Source: a virus | Taxonomy: Duplodnaviria > Caudoviricetes | Strand: one strand, 5' to 3' | Length of the DNA: 54,495 nt | IMG/VR virus record: IMGVR_UViG_3300002091_000037 | Coordinates: 1 to 54,495 of that record | In this document: positions 8,887 through 17,889 of the stretch, in pieces | How positions within the stretch are numbered: position 1 is the stretch's first letter | How the letters are laid out: each line of letters starts with the position of its first letter | Program-made: the position numbers and the translations under genes | The notes under the pieces: model-generated | Database searches by the model: none | Seen by the model: only the letters and a program-made list of their open reading frames with translations | Told to the model about the DNA's origin: nothing

Positions 8887-8898
8887 GAAAGGTAAAGT

Positions 8899-10065
8899 AT
8901 GGATGCAATAGTCCAGGACAAACCTAATCTCCAAGCGGAGACGGTCCCTGCCCACAAAGTCGACCCAGGGTTAGACTCAATAGCTGCGAAAATGGCCGCA
9001 ATGCGTAACCAAGTTCCTGCTACTAAACCAGTCGAGACAGGTTCTAACACTGCGGCAGCAGAGTCAGCCCCTGTGGCACCAGAAGGAGTTGAAGTTTTAG
9101 ACGACAACGCCGAGCCAGAAGTTGAAGCAACGGAAGCATATGATGCTGAAGGCCACGATGAAACTGACGCCCCTGAAGAGGTAAGCACAGCGGATTCGAC
9201 TAGTGATGAATTAATTGACTTTTTAGATTTTGCAAACACAAACCCGAACGCCAAGTTCAAGTTTATGCGAAATGGAAAAGAAGTCGTTATTGATGCTAAG
9301 AAGGCTGCAAGCATATTAGGCCAAGGAGCTGCAATTAGCGAAGATGCAAGGCAGTTAAAAGTCGAGCGAGCAGAATTTGACGAGTATTTAAATACGAAAC
9401 GTTCAGAGACTGAAGGCCTACTTTTGGCAATGGAGTTTACAGTTCGTCCCCAGCTGCAAAAGGCTTACGATGAAATATTGAAAACACAAAGTTACCAAAC
9501 TACCTTCCAGCAACAGTTAGCGCAAACCCAGGATCCGGCTGCAGTAGCACGTATCCAGGCGGCCATGCAACAGAACGAACGTTACATTCAACAACAGAGT
9601 GCAACGATTGGACAGTTGAAGCCAAATGTGGATCAATTTTATGAGATCCGCAAGCAACAGGTGCAGGAAGTGCTTGAAAATAATCGCAAGAATTTTCAAG
9701 ACAAAGAATTGCGTAACAGTTATGTTTACAATGAGATTCGTGACAAAGTCAGCAAAGGATGGGAAGGCGCAAAACGTCAGTTAGTGCCCGGTGTAGATAA
9801 CATAGACTTGATCTCAAGTGATGAGCATTTGCTTGCACTAGTGAGAGATGGACTAAAGTATCGTGACCGACCCAAAGGTAAGTCAGCAGGTGGCAGTATT
9901 GCTGCGTTGACAAACCGTAAAGCTGGAACAGCCATGCCAAGTGGTAACTCGGACAACGAGTCTAATCTTCGTGAAAAAGCCAAAGGTCGCGGCAAAGAGG
10001 CAACTCAAGCCGCAGATAACTTGCTTGTGGCACGACTACAAAGTTTACGTGCAACAAGACGTTAA
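8899..10065 (+). CDS. Probable capsid scaffolding protein
   Basis: Acidic disordered N-terminus, coiled-coil middle, basic C-terminus; directly precedes MCP. Confidence 0.75.
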   Translation: MDAIVQDKPNLQAETVPAHKVDPGLDSIAAKMAAMRNQVPATKPVETGSNTAAAESAPVAPEGVEVLDDNAEPEVEATEAYDAEGHDETDAPEEVSTADSTSDELIDFLDFANTNPNAKFKFMRNGKEVVIDAKKAASILGQGAAISEDARQLKVERAEFDEYLNTKRSETEGLLLAMEFTVRPQLQKAYDEILKTQSYQTTFQQQLAQTQDPAAVARIQAAMQQNERYIQQQSATIGQLKPNVDQFYEIRKQQVQEVLENNRKNFQDKELRNSYVYNEIRDKVSKGWEGAKRQLVPGVDNIDLISSDEHLLALVRDGLKYRDRPKGKSAGGSIAALTNRKAGTAMPSGNSDNESNLREKAKGRGKEATQAADNLLVARLQSLRATRR

Positions 10066-10096
10066 AGATTGAAGCCTAATATATAAGGAGATTATA

Positions 10097-11428
10097 ATGG
10101 CAACTATTACAACCTCGGCGATTGGTAACGGCACAGGCGCATACCAGACAGACATCGTCGTAAAAGATCTAGATTTAGACGTATCAAACCGCGTTAAGGA
10201 TGACACACCTGTTTTGAACATGTGCATGGCCAAGAAGAGAAAAGTAGTTTCTACTTTGCCTTTGTGGACAAACGACGTTTATCGTCAACCACAAATTCAA
10301 GCAGTGCCAGAAGGTGCCGCAGTTAGTGCAGCTAATGCTGAATCTAACCAACGTGCTAACATGGGCAACTACACACAGATTTTCCAAACTACAGTTGGTG
10401 CTACTGGCACAGCTCGTGCAGTTGAACAATCTGGTGGTGATCCTCAAGCATATCAAGAAGTCAAGCAATTGATCGAATTGATGTTTGACGTTGAAGCACA
10501 ATTAGTTCGTAATGACCAAATCGGAACTAAGTATTCTGGCCAAGCTGGTCTAGCATATGGTTCAAGTGGTTCAGGTAGCAGCAATGCACAAACAGGTAAC
10601 GTAGCGTTACAAAGCCCAGTTCAAACTGGTCGTCGTATGGGTTCTTTGAACTCGTTCGCTGGCACATATAGTATCAACACTGGTGACGGCACAGGTAACT
10701 TGCAAGTTTCTACTAACCGTGTTACAACTAACTTCAACTTAGAAGGTAGCGACACAGTTGGTTATCAAACTATCACTAGCGGAACTCGTGCTTTCGTTAT
10801 CGGCGGAACAGCAAGTGCATCAGGTTCAACAACCATCACTAACAACGGTGAAGGCCTAGGTAGTTCATACTACACTTATACAAGCCAGTTGCAACAATTT
10901 GCTCCTAGCCTATATAAGCAATTGGTAACAACTGCTGAACAACGTTTCAACGCTAAGATCCGCACTATTGTTTGCCCAACTTCATTACGCACACACTTGA
11001 GCGATACTATGCCTACAAGCCGTGGTATCAACCGTGTTAACAGTGAGCGTGGCGATACGATCGCAACCTATGAAGGTGACTTCAATTACACTTATGAGAT
11101 CTTTGATTCTTGGATCATGGACCAGGTAGGCGCAAGCAACCAGATCTACTTCTTGAATGAGGAGGTCTTGCAGTGGGGATCACTACGTGATCTAGGACCA
11201 AACAATGAAGTATTTTCGAACGCCGACGCTAGTTTGGATCAGTTCATTCTCGAGGGAACTCTAATCGTAAGAAACCCAGCTGGTGTTGCTGTTTTGAATG
11301 ACATCAGCGCAAGCGGAACATACGTTGGTGTAACTCTAGGTTCTACTAACCAAATCGGTATCAGTGGTTCACTACGTCCAAGCGCATTCGTGCTACGTCT
11401 CAATGCGTGGGATGCCCAGAGCTTCTGA
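10097..11428 (+). CDS. Major capsid protein (DUF5309/SU10-like)
   Basis: EG...GNYTQIF motif, TAAGGAG RBS, biased codon usage, downstream terminator; about 14 substitutions versus 45342..46673 by manual count. Confidence 0.88.
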   Translation: MATITTSAIGNGTGAYQTDIVVKDLDLDVSNRVKDDTPVLNMCMAKKRKVVSTLPLWTNDVYRQPQIQAVPEGAAVSAANAESNQRANMGNYTQIFQTTVGATGTARAVEQSGGDPQAYQEVKQLIELMFDVEAQLVRNDQIGTKYSGQAGLAYGSSGSGSSNAQTGNVALQSPVQTGRRMGSLNSFAGTYSINTGDGTGNLQVSTNRVTTNFNLEGSDTVGYQTITSGTRAFVIGGTASASGSTTITNNGEGLGSSYYTYTSQLQQFAPSLYKQLVTTAEQRFNAKIRTIVCPTSLRTHLSDTMPTSRGINRVNSERGDTIATYEGDFNYTYEIFDSWIMDQVGASNQIYFLNEEVLQWGSLRDLGPNNEVFSNADASLDQFILEGTLIVRNPAGVAVLNDISASGTYVGVTLGSTNQIGISGSLRPSAFVLRLNAWDAQSF

Positions 11429-11447
11429 TCTTAGCAATAAGATTAGT

Positions 11448-11825
11448 TCAACAGAAAGCGGCTTCGGCCGCTTTCTTTTTGCAGTTATCAAAATGCCATC
11501 TTTTTAAATTTCCCATATCGCCTTCTTTGCCACAATGTGGACAGATATGCTTTGTTAACGATATACCTAAATTTCGATGATGACCGATGTTAGCATCCTT
11601 GCTATTATCAATATGTGTTTGAATAAAAACATTACCAATTTCATATGGACCGATATCTCCATAACGACTCATAACATATTGTCCATGTTTACGACCCCGC
11701 TCATGCCAATGTCCGCTAGACTGCCATATATCTAACCATTGTTCAAAAGTCAAATTGAACTCAATGCCGCGTTTCTTTGCTATGCATTTGTGCATAGTGT
11801 ATTTGTGTTTGACTGGGTCTCTCAT
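11448..11825 (-). CDS. Putative homing endonuclease (HNH-like) with C-terminal zinc finger
   Basis: KKRGIEFNLTFEQW...MSRYGDIGPYEIGNV and CPHCGKEG...RWHFDNC; antisense insertion absent from unit B. Confidence 0.65.
   Translation of the reverse strand: MRDPVKHKYTMHKCIAKKRGIEFNLTFEQWLDIWQSSGHWHERGRKHGQYVMSRYGDIGPYEIGNVFIQTHIDNSKDANIGHHRNLGISLTKHICPHCGKEGDMGNLKRWHFDNCKKKAAEAAFC
11453..11480 (+). terminator. Intrinsic terminator after MCP
   Basis: AGAAAGCGGC-TTCG-GCCGCTTTCT-TTTT. Confidence 0.9.
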
Positions 11826-11916
11826 AAAACTAGTATAGCAGATTCATCATTTCAGGTCTGTTGTGTTTTTACAACATTTGCCCAAACCCCAGTGTTTAAT
11901 TAACACTAAATACTAG

Positions 11917-12537
11917 ATGATGAACAATGAATTTGACCACGTAGGCAACAAAAAGAGTTACTTAGATGACTCAGATCCTGAACATAATCCGGACCAATAC
12001 CGTGAAGACCGCGGCGGCTTAGTTACCAAAGATAACGGTATTGCTGATCGCTTGTTAAAAAACGACCGGTTATACAACGCCATGAAAGGCGATTGGAAGC
12101 GCAGTGATTTTAACAAGAGCAAAAACATACGTGTAACAACTGGTCGTGAAGACGGCAAGTTTTACATTCAACGTGAACAGTTCAACGTAGAATACATACG
12201 TGAACAATGCCAAGAATATCGTAAACGTGCAGAAGCAGGTTACATGGATCCCTTAGCACCAGTAATGCCAGATGGCAAGTTGGGCTACAAATGGATTGAA
12301 CTACCTGAAATTATTGCACAGGATATTGGCAACAAGTATTTTGGTGGACTTAGTTGGCACACAATCAAACGTGATAGAACACTAAAGGCACAGTTCTATC
12401 GTGTGGTGCAACAGGAATACAATGACTTTGTCTGCTATCCGCATGGCAAGTTACCAATACCAATAGAAGTGCCATATCCCGCAGCAGTGGGCCAAAAGGC
12501 CTTCTTTGCGGGTGCAAATTTTGCAGGAACACAATAA
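11917..12537 (+). CDS. Conserved hypothetical protein, 206 aa
   Basis: Homologue 46740..47354; TAAATA 4 nt upstream. Confidence 0.8.
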   Translation: MMNNEFDHVGNKKSYLDDSDPEHNPDQYREDRGGLVTKDNGIADRLLKNDRLYNAMKGDWKRSDFNKSKNIRVTTGREDGKFYIQREQFNVEYIREQCQEYRKRAEAGYMDPLAPVMPDGKLGYKWIELPEIIAQDIGNKYFGGLSWHTIKRDRTLKAQFYRVVQQEYNDFVCYPHGKLPIPIEVPYPAAVGQKAFFAGANFAGTQ

Positions 12538-13517
12538 TGTCAACACAAATAGCCAACGCTGATGCACTAGTTGCTTACGTAGAACAGTTTACAGGATCAA
12601 GCAATGATGCAGAGATACGCCAATGTATCTACCTAGCAGAACTTTCAATGCGTAACATTGAACTGCCAGCATTGAGAACCAATCCTTATCAAGTAATAGG
12701 AACTGCAAACGCAGATGGTCAAATTCCAATTCCTGCTGACATGGTCAAACCCATTATTTTCTTTAACCAAGGCAACCCAGGTAGCACACCCGGATCAGGT
12801 CCATGGATTGTTTATGATCGCATTGGCGACAGAGATATTATCACAGAAGAACTAATACAAAATCAATACCTAACTCCAGTTAACATTCCTGCTGTGTTTC
12901 GCGGCAAGTTTGGTGAAGTAGGACAATACTATGAATTCCTACCAGCATTGGGTGCTGGACAACAGATCAACATGTATTACTATCAGACATGGCCCCTGTT
13001 GTATAGTAGCACAGTTTTAAATCAGATAATCAGCGCAACTGGCACAGTTGCCACAGTTACAGGTAGTGGCCCATGGACTGCTGTCATTACAGGCATGTCA
13101 ACAACTGTTGGTCTTAATATTGGTGACAGTGTCACCGTCACAGCTGGTTCAGGCACATTGGGCAGTAATGAGGCTGGTGTTATCTCTAGCATTGATAGTT
13201 TGACAGGTATGACAGTAGTTGTTACAGGTGGAACTATACCCACAACTGGCACAATAACAAACATTACATTATACACACAACAAGTTCAGACAAATGCAGT
13301 ATTGCAATCATGGCCAGAAGGATATGTCTATGGCACATTGCGTGAATACTATTTAAAACGCAAGATGGCCGAAGATGCCAACTACTGGGCAGGCAAATTC
13401 CAAATAGCATGGGATACAGTAGAAGACCAAAACAACAAAGGTAAATGGAGCGGTGGACATAATAGACTGACTAGTATTTTCCAACCACGTCGCGATAGAC
13501 GTTACACTGCACGATAA
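12537..13517 (+). CDS. Probable head-tail adaptor with ~85-aa inserted domain
   Basis: Position after MCP; C-terminal LQSWPEGYVYGTL motif; homologue 47354..48079 is 241 aa. Confidence 0.65.
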   Translation: MSTQIANADALVAYVEQFTGSSNDAEIRQCIYLAELSMRNIELPALRTNPYQVIGTANADGQIPIPADMVKPIIFFNQGNPGSTPGSGPWIVYDRIGDRDIITEELIQNQYLTPVNIPAVFRGKFGEVGQYYEFLPALGAGQQINMYYYQTWPLLYSSTVLNQIISATGTVATVTGSGPWTAVITGMSTTVGLNIGDSVTVTAGSGTLGSNEAGVISSIDSLTGMTVVVTGGTIPTTGTITNITLYTQQVQTNAVLQSWPEGYVYGTLREYYLKRKMAEDANYWAGKFQIAWDTVEDQNNKGKWSGGHNRLTSIFQPRRDRRYTAR

Positions 13518-13529
13518 GGAACAAATAAA

Positions 13530-16500
13530 ATGACAGGATTATACGGAAATGTTAACGTAGGTAACACAGTTGGCCTATATCAACAAAACACAGGAACCAG
13601 TCAGGTCCTTACCAGCGCACAATCATTATTGAGCCTGTTAAGCAACGCCAGCACAGTTGGTTTTAGTTTAACCAGTGCCAACACACAGGTGCAAGGCACA
13701 GTATTGCCCAGTGGCGTCACTGCTGGCACATATGGTAGTGGTAGTCAAATTCCAGTTATTACTGTGGGTTCAGATGGTCGTGTTACAAGTATTAGTATAG
13801 ATACCAATACTGGAGGCACATACGGAAATGCCAATGTAGCGGCTTACTTGGCTGGAACAGTTACAATTGGTAATTTGACTGTGGTTTCGGGCGTGTATTG
13901 GGCCAATGGACAACCATATAGTAGTGGCGGTAGTGGCACAATTTATGGCAATGCCAACGTTGTATCTTTATTGGGTAACTTTGGTAGCAACAGTATCAGC
14001 ACAACTGGTAATGTCACTGCCGGCAATGTATTGAGCAACAATTATCTATATGCCAATGGTGTCAGCATATTAACTGGCGTTACTGGCAATTACAGCAACA
14101 CCAATGTTGCTGCTTATTTGACAACTGCTACAATTAACACAACTGGTAACATTACTGGTGCTAACTTAACAACTGCCGGTAATTTAACTGCTGCTTATGT
14201 AAAAGGCAATGGATCACTGTTAACTGCATTAACTGGCGCTTCTGCAGGTGTATATGGTAGTGATATTTTAATTCCAAGTATCAACGTTGATGCCTCGGGA
14301 CGTATAATATCAATTACTACTAATGCTGTTAGTGGTGGCGGTAGTTATGGTAACGCCAACGTTGGTTTATATCTAGCCAGCAATTCTGCATTAACTATTA
14401 GCACAACTGCCAACATTACCACAACGGCCAATGTTATAAGTCCCAATTACTTGTATCCTAATGGAGTTAGTATTTTAACTGGCATTGGTGGATCAACGTA
14501 TTCAAACACAAACGTAGCTGCATATCTAACTACAGCAACTATTAATACAACTGGTAACATTACTGGTGCTAACTTAACAACTGCTGGTAACTTAACAGCC
14601 AGTTATGTCAAAGGTGATGGTAGTTTATTAATTAACTTACCTGTTCAAGCAGGAACTTATAGCAATACAAACGTAGCGGCGTATTTGCCAACATATAATA
14701 GCACAATTGGCACTGCGACTGGCACAGTCACCATTGGTGGTAATTTAACTACAACAAGTAAAACTACTACTGGCAACTTAGTAACCAGTGCAGGATTATA
14801 TTGGGCCAATGGTGTAAACTATAGTTCAACAGTTGCTGGCACTTATAGTAATACTAACGTAACAGCATACTTGTCAGGCACGGTATCAGTTGGTAACATT
14901 GCATCAACAAATGGCTACTTCTGGGCCAATGGCACAGCATATAGCACAGGTGGTGTGACACAAATTGTTGCAGGAACTAACTTAAACATCAGTCCTGCAG
15001 GTGGCACAGGGGTTGTAACTATCAACGCCAACACACAAGCAGGAACATACAGCAATGCCAACGTGGCCAGTTATTTGCCAACTTACAGTGGTAATATTGG
15101 CAGTGGCAGTGCGCAGATCATTGGCAGCCAAAATTATATTCCTAACTTATATAATGTTAGTAATATTCGAGGACCAGTAACTTTTGGTTCAGGTAATATA
15201 TGGATTGACACCTATGGTTATACTGGACTTAATATTTCAAACACACAAATTGTTTCTTTAAATGTTCCATTAAAAGTTCGTGGTGGGTTTAGTTTTACAG
15301 TCGAAGATGGCGGACAAATAGCCAGTGGTGGCAACATTACAGCCAATGCAGGCGCATATTTTATAGGTGATGGTAGTAAATTAACCAATATATCAGCAGC
15401 CCAAACTTATGGCAACGCCAACGTGGCTGCTTATCTTCCAACTTACTCAGGCAACCTTGGTGGCACATTAACTACTACCACACAACCTTACATATCAAAT
15501 ATTGCTGGTGCCGCAGCTACAACCACTATTGGTTATAAAGCCTCTATTGCTGCTGGTGCTGGTTCAACGGTTCTAGGCAGTGCCAATGGCATATATTTAA
15601 ATGCAGCAATTGCATCCGATGGCACCGTTGGATCTCAAGCATTTTTAAATACAACTAACCAATTTGTAACAACTGCTCAAATTACTGGTAACATCTCATC
15701 AACCAATGGTTATTTCTGGGGCAATGGCACAGCATATAGCACAATCAATAATGGTGTTACTGCTATTGTTGCCGGCACAGGTATTACTGCTAATGCCGCA
15801 ACTGGTGTAGTTTCAATTAGTGCAACAGGCGGTGGCGGATCGTTCTCTGGTAACTTATCTGGTAACGTATTATATGATACTGTAAATGAACGCATTTTAA
15901 TGCAGGCTGCAACTACAACTGCCAATATCGGTGGTCCTGTTTTCCCAAGCGGCACATTCTTATCTACAAACTTCTTTGCACCCAATGCATTAAGTTTCTA
16001 TGGTAACGGTGTTGTTAGTCCTGCAACAGGTTCGGGTGTTGGAACTTATGTAGCCAGCGCAAACTTGACCATTGGCACACGCAACGGCACCAATTGGAGT
16101 CCTACATCACAATACAATTTGTCACAAATGTATCCTGACCCAGGTGCTGCTAGTATGAGTAATGCTGATAGAGTCCGCGGTGTTAATAATGTCATGGAAC
16201 TGTATCCTAGTGGTAAAAATTGGGGCACAGTATATACTCCAAGTGCGGCCAATGCCAGCACTGCTGCCAACTTGACCACAGTAGTGGCCATGAATGGTTT
16301 ATTAAGCACAGTGGGCACAGGTTATGTGAGTCATGCTATTGCAGTTGCGGCCACAAATCAACTCAATCCCGTAGGTGGTAGTGCCAACATATTCATGCAA
16401 ACTGGTAGTTATGCCAGTATAGGTTGGAACAGTGCTACTGCTGTAACTGCTGGGCGTTTGGCCAGCAATATTGGCTATGCACGATTGTTTGGTGGTGTTA

Positions 16501-17009
16501 TCAATGGTGGATCACAACAAGCCAACTTGACAATTACCAATGCAGTTGGTTTACATATCACAAATTCTTGGGCACCTGGCGGTGTTGGTGGGGTTGACAC
16601 TATCACAAACCGTTATGCTGTATTGAACGAAGATGCTGGCACTAAGATACAAACTAATGGTAATTTGGTAGTTACTGGTAACACACAAATCCAAGGCCTA
16701 CAGGAAACTGTAAGTGCAACAGGATTCACTGGAGGTGCTTGGACAGTCAACGCAGCCAATGGCACAATACAAACAGCCACATTGACCAGCAGCATTAGTA
16801 GTTTATCATTTACAAACTTGCCACCTGGTGGAACTGTAACATTGATTATTACACAAGGTGGATCAGGCAGTTATACATTGACCACAACTGGTATCAAATA
16901 TGCCGGCGGAAGCAGCACATTGTCGACCGCAGTTGGTGCTATAGATATGTTGAACATCTTATATGATGGAACTAACTATTACGGCAGTTTGGTTAAAGGA
17001 TATGCATAA
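13530..17009 (+). CDS. Tail fibre protein with repeated Y(G/S)N(A/T)NVAAYL modules
   Basis: 1159 aa, rich in G/N/T/A; about ten repeats of the motif; C-terminal TLIITQGGSGSY...AIDMLNI domain. Confidence 0.8.
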   Translation: MTGLYGNVNVGNTVGLYQQNTGTSQVLTSAQSLLSLLSNASTVGFSLTSANTQVQGTVLPSGVTAGTYGSGSQIPVITVGSDGRVTSISIDTNTGGTYGNANVAAYLAGTVTIGNLTVVSGVYWANGQPYSSGGSGTIYGNANVVSLLGNFGSNSISTTGNVTAGNVLSNNYLYANGVSILTGVTGNYSNTNVAAYLTTATINTTGNITGANLTTAGNLTAAYVKGNGSLLTALTGASAGVYGSDILIPSINVDASGRIISITTNAVSGGGSYGNANVGLYLASNSALTISTTANITTTANVISPNYLYPNGVSILTGIGGSTYSNTNVAAYLTTATINTTGNITGANLTTAGNLTASYVKGDGSLLINLPVQAGTYSNTNVAAYLPTYNSTIGTATGTVTIGGNLTTTSKTTTGNLVTSAGLYWANGVNYSSTVAGTYSNTNVTAYLSGTVSVGNIASTNGYFWANGTAYSTGGVTQIVAGTNLNISPAGGTGVVTINANTQAGTYSNANVASYLPTYSGNIGSGSAQIIGSQNYIPNLYNVSNIRGPVTFGSGNIWIDTYGYTGLNISNTQIVSLNVPLKVRGGFSFTVEDGGQIASGGNITANAGAYFIGDGSKLTNISAAQTYGNANVAAYLPTYSGNLGGTLTTTTQPYISNIAGAAATTTIGYKASIAAGAGSTVLGSANGIYLNAAIASDGTVGSQAFLNTTNQFVTTAQITGNISSTNGYFWGNGTAYSTINNGVTAIVAGTGITANAATGVVSISATGGGGSFSGNLSGNVLYDTVNERILMQAATTTANIGGPVFPSGTFLSTNFFAPNALSFYGNGVVSPATGSGVGTYVASANLTIGTRNGTNWSPTSQYNLSQMYPDPGAASMSNADRVRGVNNVMELYPSGKNWGTVYTPSAANASTAANLTTVVAMNGLLSTVGTGYVSHAIAVAATNQLNPVGGSANIFMQTGSYASIGWNSATAVTAGRLASNIGYARLFGGVINGGSQQANLTITNAVGLHITNSWAPGGVGGVDTITNRYAVLNEDAGTKIQTNGNLVVTGNTQIQGLQETVSATGFTGGAWTVNAANGTIQTATLTSSISSLSFTNLPPGGTVTLIITQGGSGSYTLTTTGIKYAGGSSTLSTAVGAIDMLNILYDGTNYYGSLVKGYA
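14090..14620 (+). repeat. Internal duplication in fibre gene (YSNTNVAAYLTTATINTTGNITGANLTTAGNLTAxYVKG twice)
   Basis: Copies near 14090-14207 and 14498-14615 with near-identical protein sequence. Confidence 0.8.
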
Positions 17010-17878
17010 TGTTTGGAGCAGCACGTCAAGCATGGTATGATGCCAATCCCGCAGGTGGTTATAGTGCCAGTTACTTAATTGTAGCTGGTGGCGGTGGCGC
17101 CAGTGCGTCAGATGGTGGCGGTGGCGGTGCAGGTGGCTTGTTGTCAGGCACTACAATCTTGACTTTAGGCACCACATATAATTTTACCATAGGCGCAGGC
17201 GGCAGCGGAACAAGTAATAATACTAATCAAGGCGGCTCTGGCTCTAATTCAACAGCTTTTGGTTTAACTGCCATTGGTGGCGGTGGCGGCGGTGGCGCTG
17301 GTGGCACCAATGGCAATGGATTGTCAGGCGGCTCTGGTGGCGGCGGAGGCTCAGGTGGTGATTTAGTAACTCACACAGGTGGAGCAGGCACAAGTGGCCA
17401 AGGCTCGGCAGGTGGTAGTGGATTACCTAACCCAACAGGAAATTCAACACCACCATATTTGTATGCCGCAGGCGGCGGTGGAGGTGCAGGTGGTGCTGGA
17501 TTTGATGCAAACGTAACTTATGCAGGTGCAGGTGGTGTTGGTGTTCAAAGTAGCATTACAGGAACTGCAACTTATTATGCAGGTGGCGGTGGCGGCGCAA
17601 TTTTTAGCACAGGTAATTCAGGCACTGGCGGACTTGGCGGTGGCGGTGCTGGTGGAGCTGCTGGTGCTGGTGGCAATGGAACAGATGGCCTAGGCGGAGG
17701 CGGTGGCGGTGGCGCTGGTGGCGGAGTTTCTGGAGGCAACGGCGGATCAGGTGTTATCATATTAAGTGTGCCAACTGCCAACTACACAGGAACTGTAACT
17801 GGATCACCTACGGTTACTACAAGTGGTTCAAACACAATTATTAAATTTACTGCTACTACAGGTAGTTACACTGCATAA
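17009..17878 (+). CDS. Glycine-rich tail-associated protein
   Basis: YLIVAGGGG...GGNGGSGVIIL glycine-rich domain typical of fibre-adjacent genes. Confidence 0.75.
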   Translation: MFGAARQAWYDANPAGGYSASYLIVAGGGGASASDGGGGGAGGLLSGTTILTLGTTYNFTIGAGGSGTSNNTNQGGSGSNSTAFGLTAIGGGGGGGAGGTNGNGLSGGSGGGGGSGGDLVTHTGGAGTSGQGSAGGSGLPNPTGNSTPPYLYAAGGGGGAGGAGFDANVTYAGAGGVGVQSSITGTATYYAGGGGGAIFSTGNSGTGGLGGGGAGGAAGAGGNGTDGLGGGGGGGAGGGVSGGNGGSGVIILSVPTANYTGTVTGSPTVTTSGSNTIIKFTATTGSYTA

Positions 17879-17889
17879 GGAACAAACAA

